A stretch of DNA of 64,000 nt, from assembly GCF_018350175.1 (NCBI RefSeq), contig NC_058383.1:21144001-21208000 (forward strand). Reading direction: 5' to 3'. This document shows positions 54,526 through 63,904 of the stretch, piece after piece (position 1 is the stretch's first letter; each line of letters opens with the position of its first letter). The notes below the pieces were generated by a model. It ran no database searches, had not been told where the DNA came from, and saw only the letters and a program-made list of their open reading frames with translations. The DNA is from Felis catus (taxonomy: Eukaryota). The position numbers and the translations under genes were made by a program.

Positions 54526-56372
54526 GAATGTGTTCAATGGATAAACCATTCTGTACCTGGCTCATCTTCTTGGCTGTATGACCTTGGGCAAGTCCTCAAA
54601 ACCCACCAAGTAGATGCCACTTTCCGATTTTTCAAGATGAAGGAAACTGAAGATCAGACAGCTTAAGCGACTTGTTCAAATACAAAGAGTCCACCGGCTT
54701 CTTCTCCTTTGACTCATGAATCCTTCCTGTAAGTGAATATACTACTGTAAGCCCGTAGGGAGTTTTTAATCATTTCAGCATTGATAAATAAGTGACTTCT
54801 TTCTTTAAACCATATTCTATTGTAGAACCGTCTCATTGAACAGTATGCTACAAAGATCGTGCAACATCCTTCATCATATTAAGACGAGTTTTGACTTGTC
54901 CCCACTTAACATGTGATGGAAAGCTGGTGGATTTACCTTAAATTATTTATGAAACAGAGAACAAAAAACATGAGTCGGTTTCAGGACAGAGTTTTACTAT
55001 ATGTTGCAAGGCATAAAAAAAAAAAAAGACAAAACAACCTCCCTTTATGAGCTGATGTTTAGAATGCTAAATTCTGTGCTGATTTTTTTAAAACATATAA
55101 TTGTTGTTCTAAATGACAAGATGTAAGAAAAGGTTTCCGGCTGATATTTGCAAGCACATCTCTCTGCAAATAACACATTGCAGGTGTGGAGAGTCATTAC
55201 TCCCAATAAATGCAAAGCAAAATTGTGTATAATTGTTGCTATACGTTCTGTTTTTTACTTTAGTTTTGAAGCGCTCCCTGTAAGACTTTTATCGGATGAA
55301 TGCCACTCTCAAATCTGGGGAAGGTCAGCCTCGGGTGAATTTGCTGATTTATTATCGGATTCTTGTTCCTCATGAATTGCTGCTCTCAGTATCCCTGCTC
55401 TGTATGTATGCCTGTTTTCAAATAATGGTCCATTACAGGTGTACATTAGATAATCTATGATGGGGGGCGGGGGGTGTTGCAAAGAGCCAATGTGTCCCAA
55501 CAGCTTACCCTGGCTGTAAGGGTCATTGGATTCCCCGGTCTCCAGTCGGGTCTTGCCCAACCTTGCCAGAACATACTGCAACTTTGCACGGGCCCCAAGG
55601 TCTTCAAGCGTGAGAGCTGGCCTTGCCGGACAAACTCTTGCCAACGGCTGGACTTCATTAGTCTGTTCATTCCCCCCACACTGATGCGTCTGCCTTCCGA
55701 ACACAGGAAAGGGCAAGGGAATGGATCCGTCCCCCAGAGCGTAAGCTCACATGGCGAGTCTAGAACCATCTGGCCCCGTACACTTCTCCACAGGTTGAGG
55801 AGAGCACAGGGGGACCCCGACTTCTCCTGCTGTTTCCTTCCACTGACAAAGACTCTGTCCTTACCTATGCCGTAGGACAGTGAGATGGTCTCGAATCCCG
55901 GTACCCGTGGTGACAGCTGGTGATGCTGAAAGGGCCCCCCACCCCCACCCCGCCAGCGTGATGACAAAGCATAAAAACAACTTAAAAGTGCAGAATAGCC
56001 CTAATGAGGGGCAGACAAAAAGCAGTGGGCAGGAAGTGGTTCATCAGGAGAATTAAGGCCCTTGCCCCCAATGAGGTCTGTAGGTAAAGCTAATTATCTG
56101 CAATGACTCAGGGGCAAAGCGTGGCTGAAAAGAGCAGGAACTAAAGCCTGTTGAGAGCCCGTGACTGAGCTGGGTTGAAAGGGGAAGAGAAATATGTCCT
56201 GGGAGCCACACGAGAAGGGGAAAAGGCCTGCAGAGGACACAAGCCACACAGGGGTGTTCTGTGGGGGTCTCCCTTACCTCTAGCTGCCTGGGTCCCGGAA
56301 GGGAAGTGAGTCACTTTCTGATAACTCACAATCGATTGAGGTCCGTCAAGATTTTTAAAAACTATTTTGTAA

Positions 56373-56573
56373 TTTTTTTTTTTTTGAGAGAGAGAGAGAG
56401 AATGCATGTGAGCAGCGGAAGGGCAGAGAGAGAGGGAGACACAGAATCCGAAGCAGGCTCCAGGCTCTGAGCTGCCAGTACAGAGCCCGACGTGGGGCTC
56501 CAACCCACAAACCGCGAGATCATGACCTGAGCCGGAGTCTGACGCTTAACTGACTGAGCCACCCAGGCACCCC
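56373..56573 (-). mobile_element. CanSINE
   Basis: Reverse SINE. Confidence 0.9.
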
Positions 56574-56859
56574 TAGGTCTGTCAAGGTTAATCCCAGGGT
56601 CTCATATTTAGGCTTTTGACTTTCTCTCCAAATAAGGTTAATATACACAGTCTGAGACATAAGCAGATATGGTGCGATGATATTTTTTACCTTGAAGTTA
56701 AAATTTTACCTTTAAAATTTAAACTGTTTACCGTAGAATTTGCAACATTCCCTGTGCTGGATTTCTTCCTCGTGCTGCTTGGGACTCCCTCTCCCCTCTT
56801 CCCCCTCACCACCACTGCAAGAGGCTAAGCTGTACACACCTCACTACAGACTCCCAAGC

Positions 56860-57024
56860 CTATGGCCGGGACCAGGGAGAGCTGAACAAGACAGTGAAGG
56901 TGCAAATTTTAGGGAGACCCTCGGTCCCAGGCCCCGATCCTACACTTGCACGGCCCCGAGAGTGAGGCCTTCCTTCGTGTGGATCTCCGGATACCTCGCT
57001 TGCCTGGCCCTAGTCCCAGCCCTG
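56860..57024. mobile_element. MER96-like hAT-Tip100 miniature inverted-repeat element (a second, more decayed copy at about 25575-25705)
   Basis: Terminal CCTCGCTTGCC..CCCTAGTCCCAGCCCTG and internal GAGAGTGAG / GCAAATTTTA motifs. Confidence 0.6.
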
Positions 57025-57378
57025 CCCGTGCCCTCAGCTGTCCAAGCTGAGTTCTGCCCGTGGGGATTCCTGGCAGGAAGTCAGAGAGAGGAAGGACAGG
57101 GAGGCCCGGTCATTTATCCCCTGGATCCCGCCCTTCGAGGTCACCTTGGCACAGCTGTTGCCCCTGACAACAGGGTGCAGATGAGGTGGCTTGCTCTACA
57201 CAGCTCTGTCTCCTTCCATGTGTCCCTTGGAGCCTAGAGGTGGTGACAACTGGCTGCCACCAGCCCAAATTACTGCACTGTCTATGAAAGACCCCTGCTT
57301 AGCTTAATAACACACCCCCACCCTATCTTCAGTTCCGTAACGCCTCACTTGCAGGGCTTGCACTTCCACCAGTTGACA

Positions 57379-57398
57379 AACAGGATATCTGCAGTTAG
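57379..57398 (+). promoter_or_regulatory. U3 enhancer, LVb/ETS-like site (AACAGGATATCTGCAGTTAG), single copy
   Basis: Resembles the conserved gammaretroviral enhancer AACAGGATATCTGTGGT; the RUNX/CBF core TGTGGT reads TGCAGT here. Confidence 0.65.
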
Positions 57399-57655
57399 AC
57401 ATCCGTACCCTGGGAGAGCTGTACCCCCACCTTTCCCTACGCAAGACAGGAACAGGTTTTCACATAAATAACGATGACCGCTTTCATCTCGCTTCTGTAA
57501 ACCTGCTTACGCTCCCAAACCGGAGGTCCCCTGCCGCTTCGCACCCGGGCTCCAAGTTGCATCTGCCGAGAGAAACTCCATTTCCCAAGCTTTCCCAGGA
57601 CGAAATTACCCCCAACCCTAACCACCACCGAGCAGAGAGCCTACCACCAGCCTGT

Positions 57656-57684
57656 ATGCAAATGTAACTCAAAATGGTATAAAA
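57656..57684 (+). promoter_or_regulatory. LTR core promoter: octamer ATGCAAAT (57656-57663) and TATA box TATAAAA (57678-57684)
   Basis: Exact motifs at the expected U3 position, about 20-30 nt before the presumed R start. Confidence 0.8.
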
Positions 57685-57746
57685 GACCTGTAACCCCGTA
57701 TATCGGGGCTCTCCCGCTTTCCAACACTGGGGAGCCCTGGTGCACC

Positions 57747-57752
57747 AGTAAA
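57747..57752 (+). terminator. LTR polyadenylation signal (variant AGTAAA)
   Basis: It is the only AATAAA-like hexamer between the TATA box and the LTR end, at the expected R position. Confidence 0.7.
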
Positions 57753-57836
57753 GACTCTCTGCCGAAATCGGAGTGCCGAGTGGTTCTTTGCGCCAACTCT
57801 CATTCCATAGGGCCTAGGAGCTTGGCTCCTAACATT

Positions 57837-57854
57837 TGGTGCGTTGGCCGGGAA
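57837..57854 (+). promoter_or_regulatory. Primer-binding site complementary to tRNA-Gly(TCC)
   Basis: TGGTGCGTTGGCCGGGAA is the reverse complement of the 3' 18 nt of mammalian tRNA-Gly-TCC (...TTCCCGGCCAACGCA-CCA), and lies 2 nt after the LTR CA. Confidence 0.92.
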
Positions 57855-57997
57855 GCGAGGGAAGGCAGGAGAACCCCGGCCCCGTCGGTAGATGACTCTC
57901 CGGCCCGGGCCACTGACGGACTGACTGAAGACAGACTTCTGTGCCTTTGTCTGCACACAGGTATTGTGTTCTATGTTTTGTCTCTGAACTGTGAATT

Positions 57998-58116
57998 CTG
58001 AGGCCGGCCGGCCACCTCAGTAGGAGTGTTGAAGGAGGACAGACGTGTCCTGAACCTTCACACCCCGGCCCCGAGGGACGCCTCGGTGGTGCTTGTAGAG
58101 GAGAACTGACAAGTTC
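57998..58116 (+). promoter_or_regulatory. Dimerisation/packaging (psi) signal
   Basis: A palindrome GGCCGGCCGGCC (58002-58013) overlaps a CTGAGG/CCTCAG stem. Hairpins AGGACA-GACG-TGTCCT (58036-58051) and CCGAGG-GACG-CCTCGG (58071-58086) match the conserved gammaretroviral GACG-tetraloop pair. Confidence 0.85.
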
Positions 58117-58293
58117 GTCAGACTCCCCAAATCCGAAGGCAGGCCTCCCCTGCCATCTGAATCTGAATACCTGGCCGCGGCTCCTTGGTTGTTGTCTAGT
58201 CTGTGTTGTCTGGTCTGTATCGACATTGTAGTCATATTCGTGTGTGTGTGTGTAAGTGTGCGTGTGTGGACGCGTGGACAGGACGACACAGCC

Positions 58294-59970
58294 ATGGGAC
58301 AGACACTGACTACTCCTCTATCTTTGACTCTGACTCATTTCTCGGACGTCCAGGCAAGAGCTCGCAATCTATCCGTTGAGGTTCGAAAAGGTCGATGGCG
58401 AACTTTTTGTTCATCGGAGTGGCCCACCCTATCTGTAGGGTGGCCCCGGGACGGGACTTTTGACCTCTTTGTTATATTACAGGTTAAGACGAAGGTAATG
58501 GATCCTGGACCACAAGGTCATCCAGATCAAGTGGCCTATATCCTCACCTGGGAGGATCTCATCCGGAATCCTCCGGCATGGGTGAAACCCTTCCTTCCTT
58601 CCTGCCCCACTTCTCAGTCTACCCTCCTTCCCCTGAAAACCTCCAAAAACCGAGCCTCAACCCAAACTCCAGATCCGCCCAAACCGGTTTTTCCCGATGA
58701 GTCCCAAAGGGACCCCCTCCTCCTAGACGCTTTGTCTTCGCCGCCCCACGCCCCCGAAGAGACTTCACCGCCCCACAACCCCCTCTTACTACCTCCACCC
58801 TATAATTCACCCCTGGCCCCCGTCTCCGTCCTGTCCCCGGTGCCCCCTACTTCCCCTCCTGCCTCCAGTTCCTCCTCCCCCTCCCCAACTTCTTCCCCCG
58901 CCTGTACGTCAGCCCCATCCTCTACTCCAGCCCCACCCGATCTAACTCCCCAGACCCCACCTCAGACCCCCCGCCTCCGTCTCCGGCGATCGGACGACCC
59001 GAACGGCCCTCCCACTTGGCAATCTTCCCTGTTTCCTCTCCGGACAGTCAACCGGACTGTCCAATATTGGCCATTTTCTGCATCCGATCTCTATAATTGG
59101 AAAACTCATAACCCTTCCTTTTCCCAAGAACCCCAGGCCCTAACCTCACTAATAGAGTCTATCCTCCTCACACACCAGCCTACCTGGGACGACTGCCAGC
59201 AGCTCTTACAGGTCCTTTTGACTACCGAGGAAAGGCAACGAGTTCTCCTGGAGGCCCGGAAAAATGTGCCGGGGCCTGGAGGTCTTCCAACTCAGCTTCC
59301 CAATGAAATAGATGAAGGGTTTCCCCTCACCCGCCCGGACTGGGACTATGAAACGGCTCCAGGTAGGGAGAGTCTCCGAATCTATCGCCAGGCTCTGTTG
59401 GCGGGTCTCAAGGGGGCAGGGAAACGGCCCACCAATTTGGCCAAGGTAAGGACCATAATCCAAGGAAAAGAGGAGAGCCCCGCAGCCTTTATGGAACGGC
59501 TTCTAGAGGGGTTTCGGATGTATACTCCATTTAACCCCGAGGCTCCAGAACATAAGGCTACCGTGGCCATGTCATTCATAGATCAGGCAGCGTCTGATAT
59601 AAAAGGAAAGCTCCAACGGCTAGATGGGATTCAAACCTATGGGTTGCAGGAACTAGTTAGGGAGGCAGAAAAGGTATATAACAAAAGGGAGACCCCAGAG
59701 GAAAAGGAGGCTAGGCTAGCAAAAGAGCAGGAAGCACGGGAGGAACGAAGAGATCGAAAGAGAGATAAACATTTAACCAAAATCCTGGCAGCTGTAGTGA
59801 CAGAAAACGGAACAGGAAAGTCAGGGGAAACGAAGAGGCGGCCCAAAGTAGGAAAAGACCAGTGCGCCTATTGCAAAGAACGCGGGCACTGGATCAAAGA
59901 CTGCCCTAAGCGCCCCGGGAACTCAAAGAAACCTGCCTCTGTGCTCGCCTTAGGCGAAGAGAGCGAATAG
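58294..59970 (+). CDS. gag: Gag polyprotein (MA-p12-CA-NC), 558 aa, intact
   Basis: GCCATGG Kozak start and [11 protein letters not shown] myristoylation signal. PPPY late domain (58792-58803), major homology region [14 protein letters not shown], and CCHC knuckle [14 protein letters not shown]. Ends in TAG. The ORF-track start at 58189 is an upstream TTG. Confidence 0.97.
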   Translation: MGQTLTTPLSLTLTHFSDVQARARNLSVEVRKGRWRTFCSSEWPTLSVGWPRDGTFDLFVILQVKTKVMDPGPQGHPDQVAYILTWEDLIRNPPAWVKPFLPSCPTSQSTLLPLKTSKNRASTQTPDPPKPVFPDESQRDPLLLDALSSPPHAPEETSPPHNPLLLPPPYNSPLAPVSVLSPVPPTSPPASSSSSPSPTSSPACTSAPSSTPAPPDLTPQTPPQTPRLRLRRSDDPNGPPTWQSSLFPLRTVNRTVQYWPFSASDLYNWKTHNPSFSQEPQALTSLIESILLTHQPTWDDCQQLLQVLLTTEERQRVLLEARKNVPGPGGLPTQLPNEIDEGFPLTRPDWDYETAPGRESLRIYRQALLAGLKGAGKRPTNLAKVRTIIQGKEESPAAFMERLLEGFRMYTPFNPEAPEHKATVAMSFIDQAASDIKGKLQRLDGIQTYGLQELVREAEKVYNKRETPEEKEARLAKEQEAREERRDRKRDKHLTKILAAVVTENGTGKSGETKRRPKVGKDQCAYCKERGHWIKDCPKRPGNSKKPASVLALGEESE

Positions 59971-60028
59971 GGATGTCAGGGCTCTGGAGCCCCCCCCGAG
60001 CCCCGGCTAACTTTATCTGTAGGGGGGC
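59968..60028 (+). promoter_or_regulatory. gag-pol amber readthrough signal (UAG, 8-nt spacer, pseudoknot)
   Basis: TAG-GGATGTCA-GGGCTCTGG-A-GCCCCCC-CCGAGCCC...GGGGGGC has the MLV pseudoknot architecture, and pol is in the same frame as gag. Confidence 0.9.
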
Positions 60029-63000
60029 ATCCCACCACCTTCCTGGTGGACACAGGAGCTCAGCACTCGGTCCTAACCAAGGCAAACGGGCCTCTGTCCT
60101 CTCGTACCTCTTGGGTTCAAGGAGCGACAGGAAGAAAAATTCACAAATGGACTAACTACCGTACGGTTGATTTAGGGCAAGGGACAGTGACACACTCTTT
60201 TCTGATAGTACCCGAATGCCCATACCCCCTTTTAGGACGAGACCTCCTAACCAAGCTTGGAGTTCAGATCCATTTCTCCAAAGCGGGGGCCCAAGTGCTA
60301 AACCGGGATGGCCAGCCTATCCAAGTCTTAACTGTGTCCTTACAAGACGAACACAGACTTTTTGAAACCCCGGTCACCACTAACCTCCTCGAAGCCTGGC
60401 TGCAGGACTTTCCCCAAGCCTGGGCAGAAACGGGAGGGCTCGGTCGAGCCAAATGCCAAGTCCCAATCATAATTGACCTAAAGCCCACGGCAATGCCTGT
60501 GTCTATCAGGCAGTATCCCATGAGCAAGGAGGCTCATATGGGCATTCAGCCACACATTACTAGATTTCTAGAGCTTGGGGTCCTGCGACCTTGCCGCTCA
60601 CCTTGGAATACCCCTCTTTTACCAGTAAAAAAACCTGGCACCCGGGACTACAGGCCCGTCCAAGACTTAAGAGAAGTCAACAAAAGGACTATGGATATCC
60701 ACCCTACGGTCCCCAATCCCTATAACTTGCTCAGCACCCTGAGCCCAGACCACACCTGGTACACAGTACTGGACCTAAAAGATGCGTTCTTTTGCTTACC
60801 CTTGGCCCCCCAGAGCCAGGAACTGTTTGCTTTTGAATGGAGGGACCCTGAAAGAGGAATTTCAGGCCAATTAACCTGGACCCGCTTACCCCAAGGGTTC
60901 AAAAACTCCCCCACTCTCTTTGATGAGGCTCTTCACAGGGACCTAACTGACTTCCGGACTCAACATCCAGAAGTAACTCTACTCCAATATGTGGATGACC
61001 TTCTTCTGGCCGCCCCCACAAAAGAAGCCTGCATACTAGGTACCAGACATCTGCTCCGGGAATTAGGAGAAAAAGGATACCGGGCATCCGCCAAGAAGGC
61101 CCAGATTTGCCAAACCAAGGTAACCTACCTGGGGTACATACTGAGTGAGGGGAAAAGATGGCTCACCCCTGGGCGAATAGAAACTGTGGCTCGCATTCCG
61201 CCGCCCCAGAACCCCAGAGAGGTACGTGAATTCCTGGGAACTGCTGGGTTCTGTCGCTTATGGATACCTGGGTTCGCTGAGCTAGCCGCCCCCCTCTATG
61301 CCCTCACGAAAGAGAGTGCACCCTTCACCTGGCAGGAAAAACATCAGTCAGCCTTTGAGGCCCTAAAAGAGGCCCTCCTCTCCGCCCCGGCTCTCGGGTT
61401 GCCAGACACCTCCAAGCCCTTTACCCTTTTCATAGACGAGAAACAAGGAATTGCCAAAGGAGTTCTAACCCAAAAATTAGGGCCCTGGAAGAGGCCAGTA
61501 GCATACCTGTCCAAAAAGTTGGACCCTGTGGCAGCGGGGTGGCCCCCATGTCTTCGTATCATGGCAGCCACTGCTATGCTGGTCAAGGACTCTGCCAAAT
61601 TAACCCTTGGACAGCCACTAACTGTTATCACCCCGCATGCTTTAGAGGCCATAGTGCGGCAGCCACCGGACCGATGGATAACCAACGCACGCCTAACCCA
61701 CTACCAGGCCCTCCTACTGGACACAGACCGCATCCAATTTGGACCTCCGGTTACCTTGAACCCTGCCACGTTGCTACCGGCACCGGAAGACCAACAGAGC
61801 GCACACGATTGCCGGCAAGTACTGGCTGAGACCCATGGGACACGGGAAGATCTTAAAGATCAAGAGCTCCCAGATGCGGATCACTCTTGGTATACGGACG
61901 GGAGCAGTTACATCGACTCAGGTACCCGGAGGGCGGGAGCAGCGGTAGTAGATGGCCACCACATCATATGGGCACAATCACTACCTCCTGGCACGTCTGC
62001 CCAAAAGGCTGAGCTGATAGCGCTCACCAAGGCCCTAGAACTATCCGAAGGGAAAAAGGCTAACATATACACAGATAGCCGATATGCCTTTGCAACGGCT
62101 CATACACATGGGAGTATTTATGAAAGAAGGGGCCTACTAACCTCAGAAGGAAAAGAAATTAAAAACAAAGCTGAAATCATTGCATTATTAAAGGCCCTTT
62201 TTCTTCCTCGAAGAGTAGCCATAATTCATTGCCCCGGGCATCAGAAAGGACAAGACCCAATTGCAACAGGAAATAGACAGGCAGACCAAGTAGCCAGGCA
62301 AGTCGCTGTGGCAGAAACGTTGACCTTGACCACAAAACTTGAAGAAACCAATCTTACGACCAACAAATATGCTTACACCCCAGAAGACCAGGAAGAGGCA
62401 AAGGCCATAGGGGCTATACTGAATCAGGACACTAAAGACTGGGAAAAAGAAGGAAAGATAGTCCTTCCCCGAAAGGAAGCCCTGGCAATGATCCAACAAA
62501 TGCACGCCTGGACACATTTAAGTAATCAGAAGCTGAAGTTACTGATTAAAAAAACTGACTTCTTAATCCCTAAGGCAGGCACCCTCATAGAACAGGTGAC
62601 CTCCGCCTGTAAGGTCTGTCAACAGGTAAACGCTGGGGCTACCCGAGTGCCAGAAGGAAAACGGACTCGTGGTAACCGCCCAGGAGTCTATTGGGAAATA
62701 GACTTTACTGAAGTAAAGCCTCACCATGCGGGGTATAAGTACCTATTAGTGTTTGTAGACACCTTTTCAGGATGGGTAGAAGCCTACCCCACCCGACAAG
62801 AAACAGCACACGTGGTAGCCAAGAAGATTTTAGAAGAAATCTTCCCCAGATTTGGACTTCCCAAGGTAATCGGGTCAGATAACGGGCCGGCCTTCGTTTC
62901 CCAGGTAAGTCAGGGGCTCGCCAGGACACTGGGGATTAATTGGAAATTACACTGTGTATATAGGCCCCAGAGCTCAGGACAGGTAGAAAGAATGAATAGA

Positions 63001-63324
63001 ACAATAAAAGAGACCCTTACTAAATTGACCTTAGAGACTGGCTTAAAAGATTGGAGACGCCTCCTATCTCTGGCTTTGTTAAGAGCCAGAAATACACCCA
63101 ACCGTTTCGGGCTCACCCCATATGAAATCCTTTATGGGGGACCCCCCCCCTTTTTGTCAACCTTGCTCAATTCCTTCTCCCCCTCCGATCCTAAGACTGA
63201 TTTACAAGCCCGACTAAAAGGGCTGCAAGCGGTGCAGGCCCAAATCTGGACACCCCTGGCCGAACTGTACCGGCCAGGACATCCACAAACTAGCCACCCA
63301 TTTCAGGTAGGAGACTCCGTGTAA
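59971..63324 (+). CDS. pol: Pro-Pol (protease, RT, RNase H, integrase) by readthrough; ends prematurely in the integrase C-terminal domain
   Basis: Protease FLVDTGA and [18 protein letters not shown] and YVDD; RNase H YTDGSS, AELIA, YTDSRY. Integrase HHCC (HAWTH...CKVC) and D-D-E (WEIDF, SDNG, QVERMN). TAA at 63322-63324. Confidence 0.95.
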   Translation, partial: GCQGSGAPPEPRLTLSVGGHPTTFLVDTGAQHSVLTKANGPLSSRTSWVQGATGRKIHKWTNYRTVDLGQGTVTHSFLIVPECPYPLLGRDLLTKLGVQIHFSKAGAQVLNRDGQPIQVLTVSLQDEHRLFETPVTTNLLEAWLQDFPQAWAETGGLGRAKCQVPIIIDLKPTAMPVSIRQYPMSKEAHMGIQPHITRFLELGVLRPCRSPWNTPLLPVKKPGTRDYRPVQDLREVNKRTMDIHPTVPNPYNLLSTLSPDHTWYTVLDLKDAFFCLPLAPQSQELFAFEWRDPERGISGQLTWTRLPQGFKNSPTLFDEALHRDLTDFRTQHPEVTLLQYVDDLLLAAPTKEACILGTRHLLRELGEKGYRASAKKAQICQTKVTYLGYILSEGKRWLTPGRIETVARIPPPQNPREVREFLGTAGFCRLWIPGFAELAAPLYALTKESAPFTWQEKHQSAFEALKEALLSAPALGLPDTSKPFTLFIDEKQGIAKGVLTQKLGPWKRPVAYLSKKLDPVAAGWPPCLRIMAATAMLVKDSAKLTLGQPLTVITPHALEAIVRQPPDRWITNARLTHYQALLLDTDRIQFGPPVTLNPATLLPAPEDQQSAHDCRQVLAETHGTREDLKDQELPDADHSWYTDGSSYIDSGTRRAGAAVVDGHHIIWAQSLPPGTSAQKAELIALTKALELSEGKKANIYTDSRYAFATAHTHGSIYERRGLLTSEGKEIKNKAEIIALLKALFLPRRVAIIHCPGHQKGQDPIATGNRQADQVARQVAVAETLTLTTKLEETNLTTNKYAYTPEDQEEAKAIGAILNQDTKDWEKEGKIVLPRKEALAMIQQMHAWTHLSNQKLKLLIKKTDFLIPKAGTLIEQVTSACKVCQQVNAGATRVPEGKRTRGNRPGVYWEIDFTEVKPHHAGYKYLLVFVDTFSGWVEAYPTRQETAHVVAKKILEEIFPRFGLPKVIGSDNGPAFVSQVSQGLARTLGINWKLHCVYRPQSSGQVERMNRTIKETLTKLTLETGLKDWRRLLSLALLRARNTPNRFGLTPYEILYGGPPPFLSTLLNSFSPSDPKTDLQARLKGLQAVQAQIWTPLAELYRPGHPQTSHPFQVGDSV

Positions 63325-63543
63325 GTCCGGCGGCACCGCTCTCAAGGATTGGAGCCTCGTTGGAAGGGACCTTACATCGTCCTGCTGACCACGCCCACCG
63401 CCATAAAGGTTGACGGGATCGCCGCCTGGATTCACGCATCGCACGCCAAGGCAGCCCCAAGAACCCCTGGACAGAAAGCTCCCAAAACCTGGAAGCTCCA
63501 CCGTTCGGAGAACCCTCTTAAGATAAGACTCTCCCGTGTCTGA
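63325..63543 (+). pseudogene. pol: Untranslated in-frame remainder of integrase (C-terminal domain and BET-binding tail)
   Basis: The same frame continues [31 protein letters not shown]...[18 protein letters not shown] to the natural TGA at 63541-63543. Confidence 0.93.
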
Positions 63544-63577
63544 CTGCTAATCCACCCTGTCCCTGCACGAACCCAAA

Positions 63578-63904
63578 ATGAAACCCCCAGCAGGAATGGT
63601 CTTTCTGTGGGTCCTCACAAGCTTGGGGGCGGGAATTGGAGCTAAAATTGTCAAAGAGGGGAACCCACATCAGGTTTATACCTTGACTTGGCAAATCTAC
63701 TCCCAGAGCGGGGAAGTTGTCTGGGAGGTCCAAGGTAACCATGCGCTTAATACTTGGTGGCCCCCACTTACCCCTGATTTTTGCCAGCTGGCAGCTGGAT
63801 TAGACACTTGGGATATCCCCCTGGTTTACCACTTTAGTCTCCTCCCTCATGGGCCCCTTAATACTCCTACTATTAATACTGGTGTTCGGACCCTGCATCC
63901 TTAA
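63578..63904 (+). CDS. env: Internally deleted, frameshifted Env, 108 aa: signal peptide and SU N-terminus (81 aa together) plus a 27-aa out-of-frame tail
   Basis: Hydrophobic leader [22 protein letters not shown], then the SU NPHQ motif and [12 protein letters not shown]. After DIP (63820) the DNA is TM-coding sequence read in another frame. Confidence 0.88.
   Translation: MKPPAGMVFLWVLTSLGAGIGAKIVKEGNPHQVYTLTWQIYSQSGEVVWEVQGNHALNTWWPPLTPDFCQLAAGLDTWDIPLVYHFSLLPHGPLNTPTINTGVRTLHP

Larger units (their letters stand above)
57285..57834 (+). mobile_element. 5' LTR (550 bp)
   Basis: Starts TGAAAGACCCC (gammaretroviral U3 end) and ends CTCCTAACA followed by TT and the PBS. Contains TATAAAA (57678-57684) and AGTAAA (57747-57752). 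The 4 nt upstream (TCTA, 57281-57284) are the predicted target-site duplication (TSD). Confidence 0.93.

Noticed and set aside
250..56562. Many 60-170-aa ORFs containing MAQSVKRPTSAQVMIS, GAPGWLSRLSV or ERERERE
   Set aside because: They are recurrent CanSINE translations.
58189..58293. ORF-track start giving a 593-aa Gag
   Set aside because: It is a TTG start call; canonical Gag starts at ATG 58294 (MGQ). The upstream frame is treated only as a glyco-Gag hypothesis.
60046..60048. ORF-track start of Pol (MDTGAQ)
   Set aside because: It is a GTG (Val) adjacent to the protease catalytic Asp; Pol is made by readthrough of the gag TAG.
58619..63742. Antisense and alternative-frame ORFs within the provirus
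   Set aside because: They are short, have no recognisable motifs, and are expected by chance opposite a long coding region.
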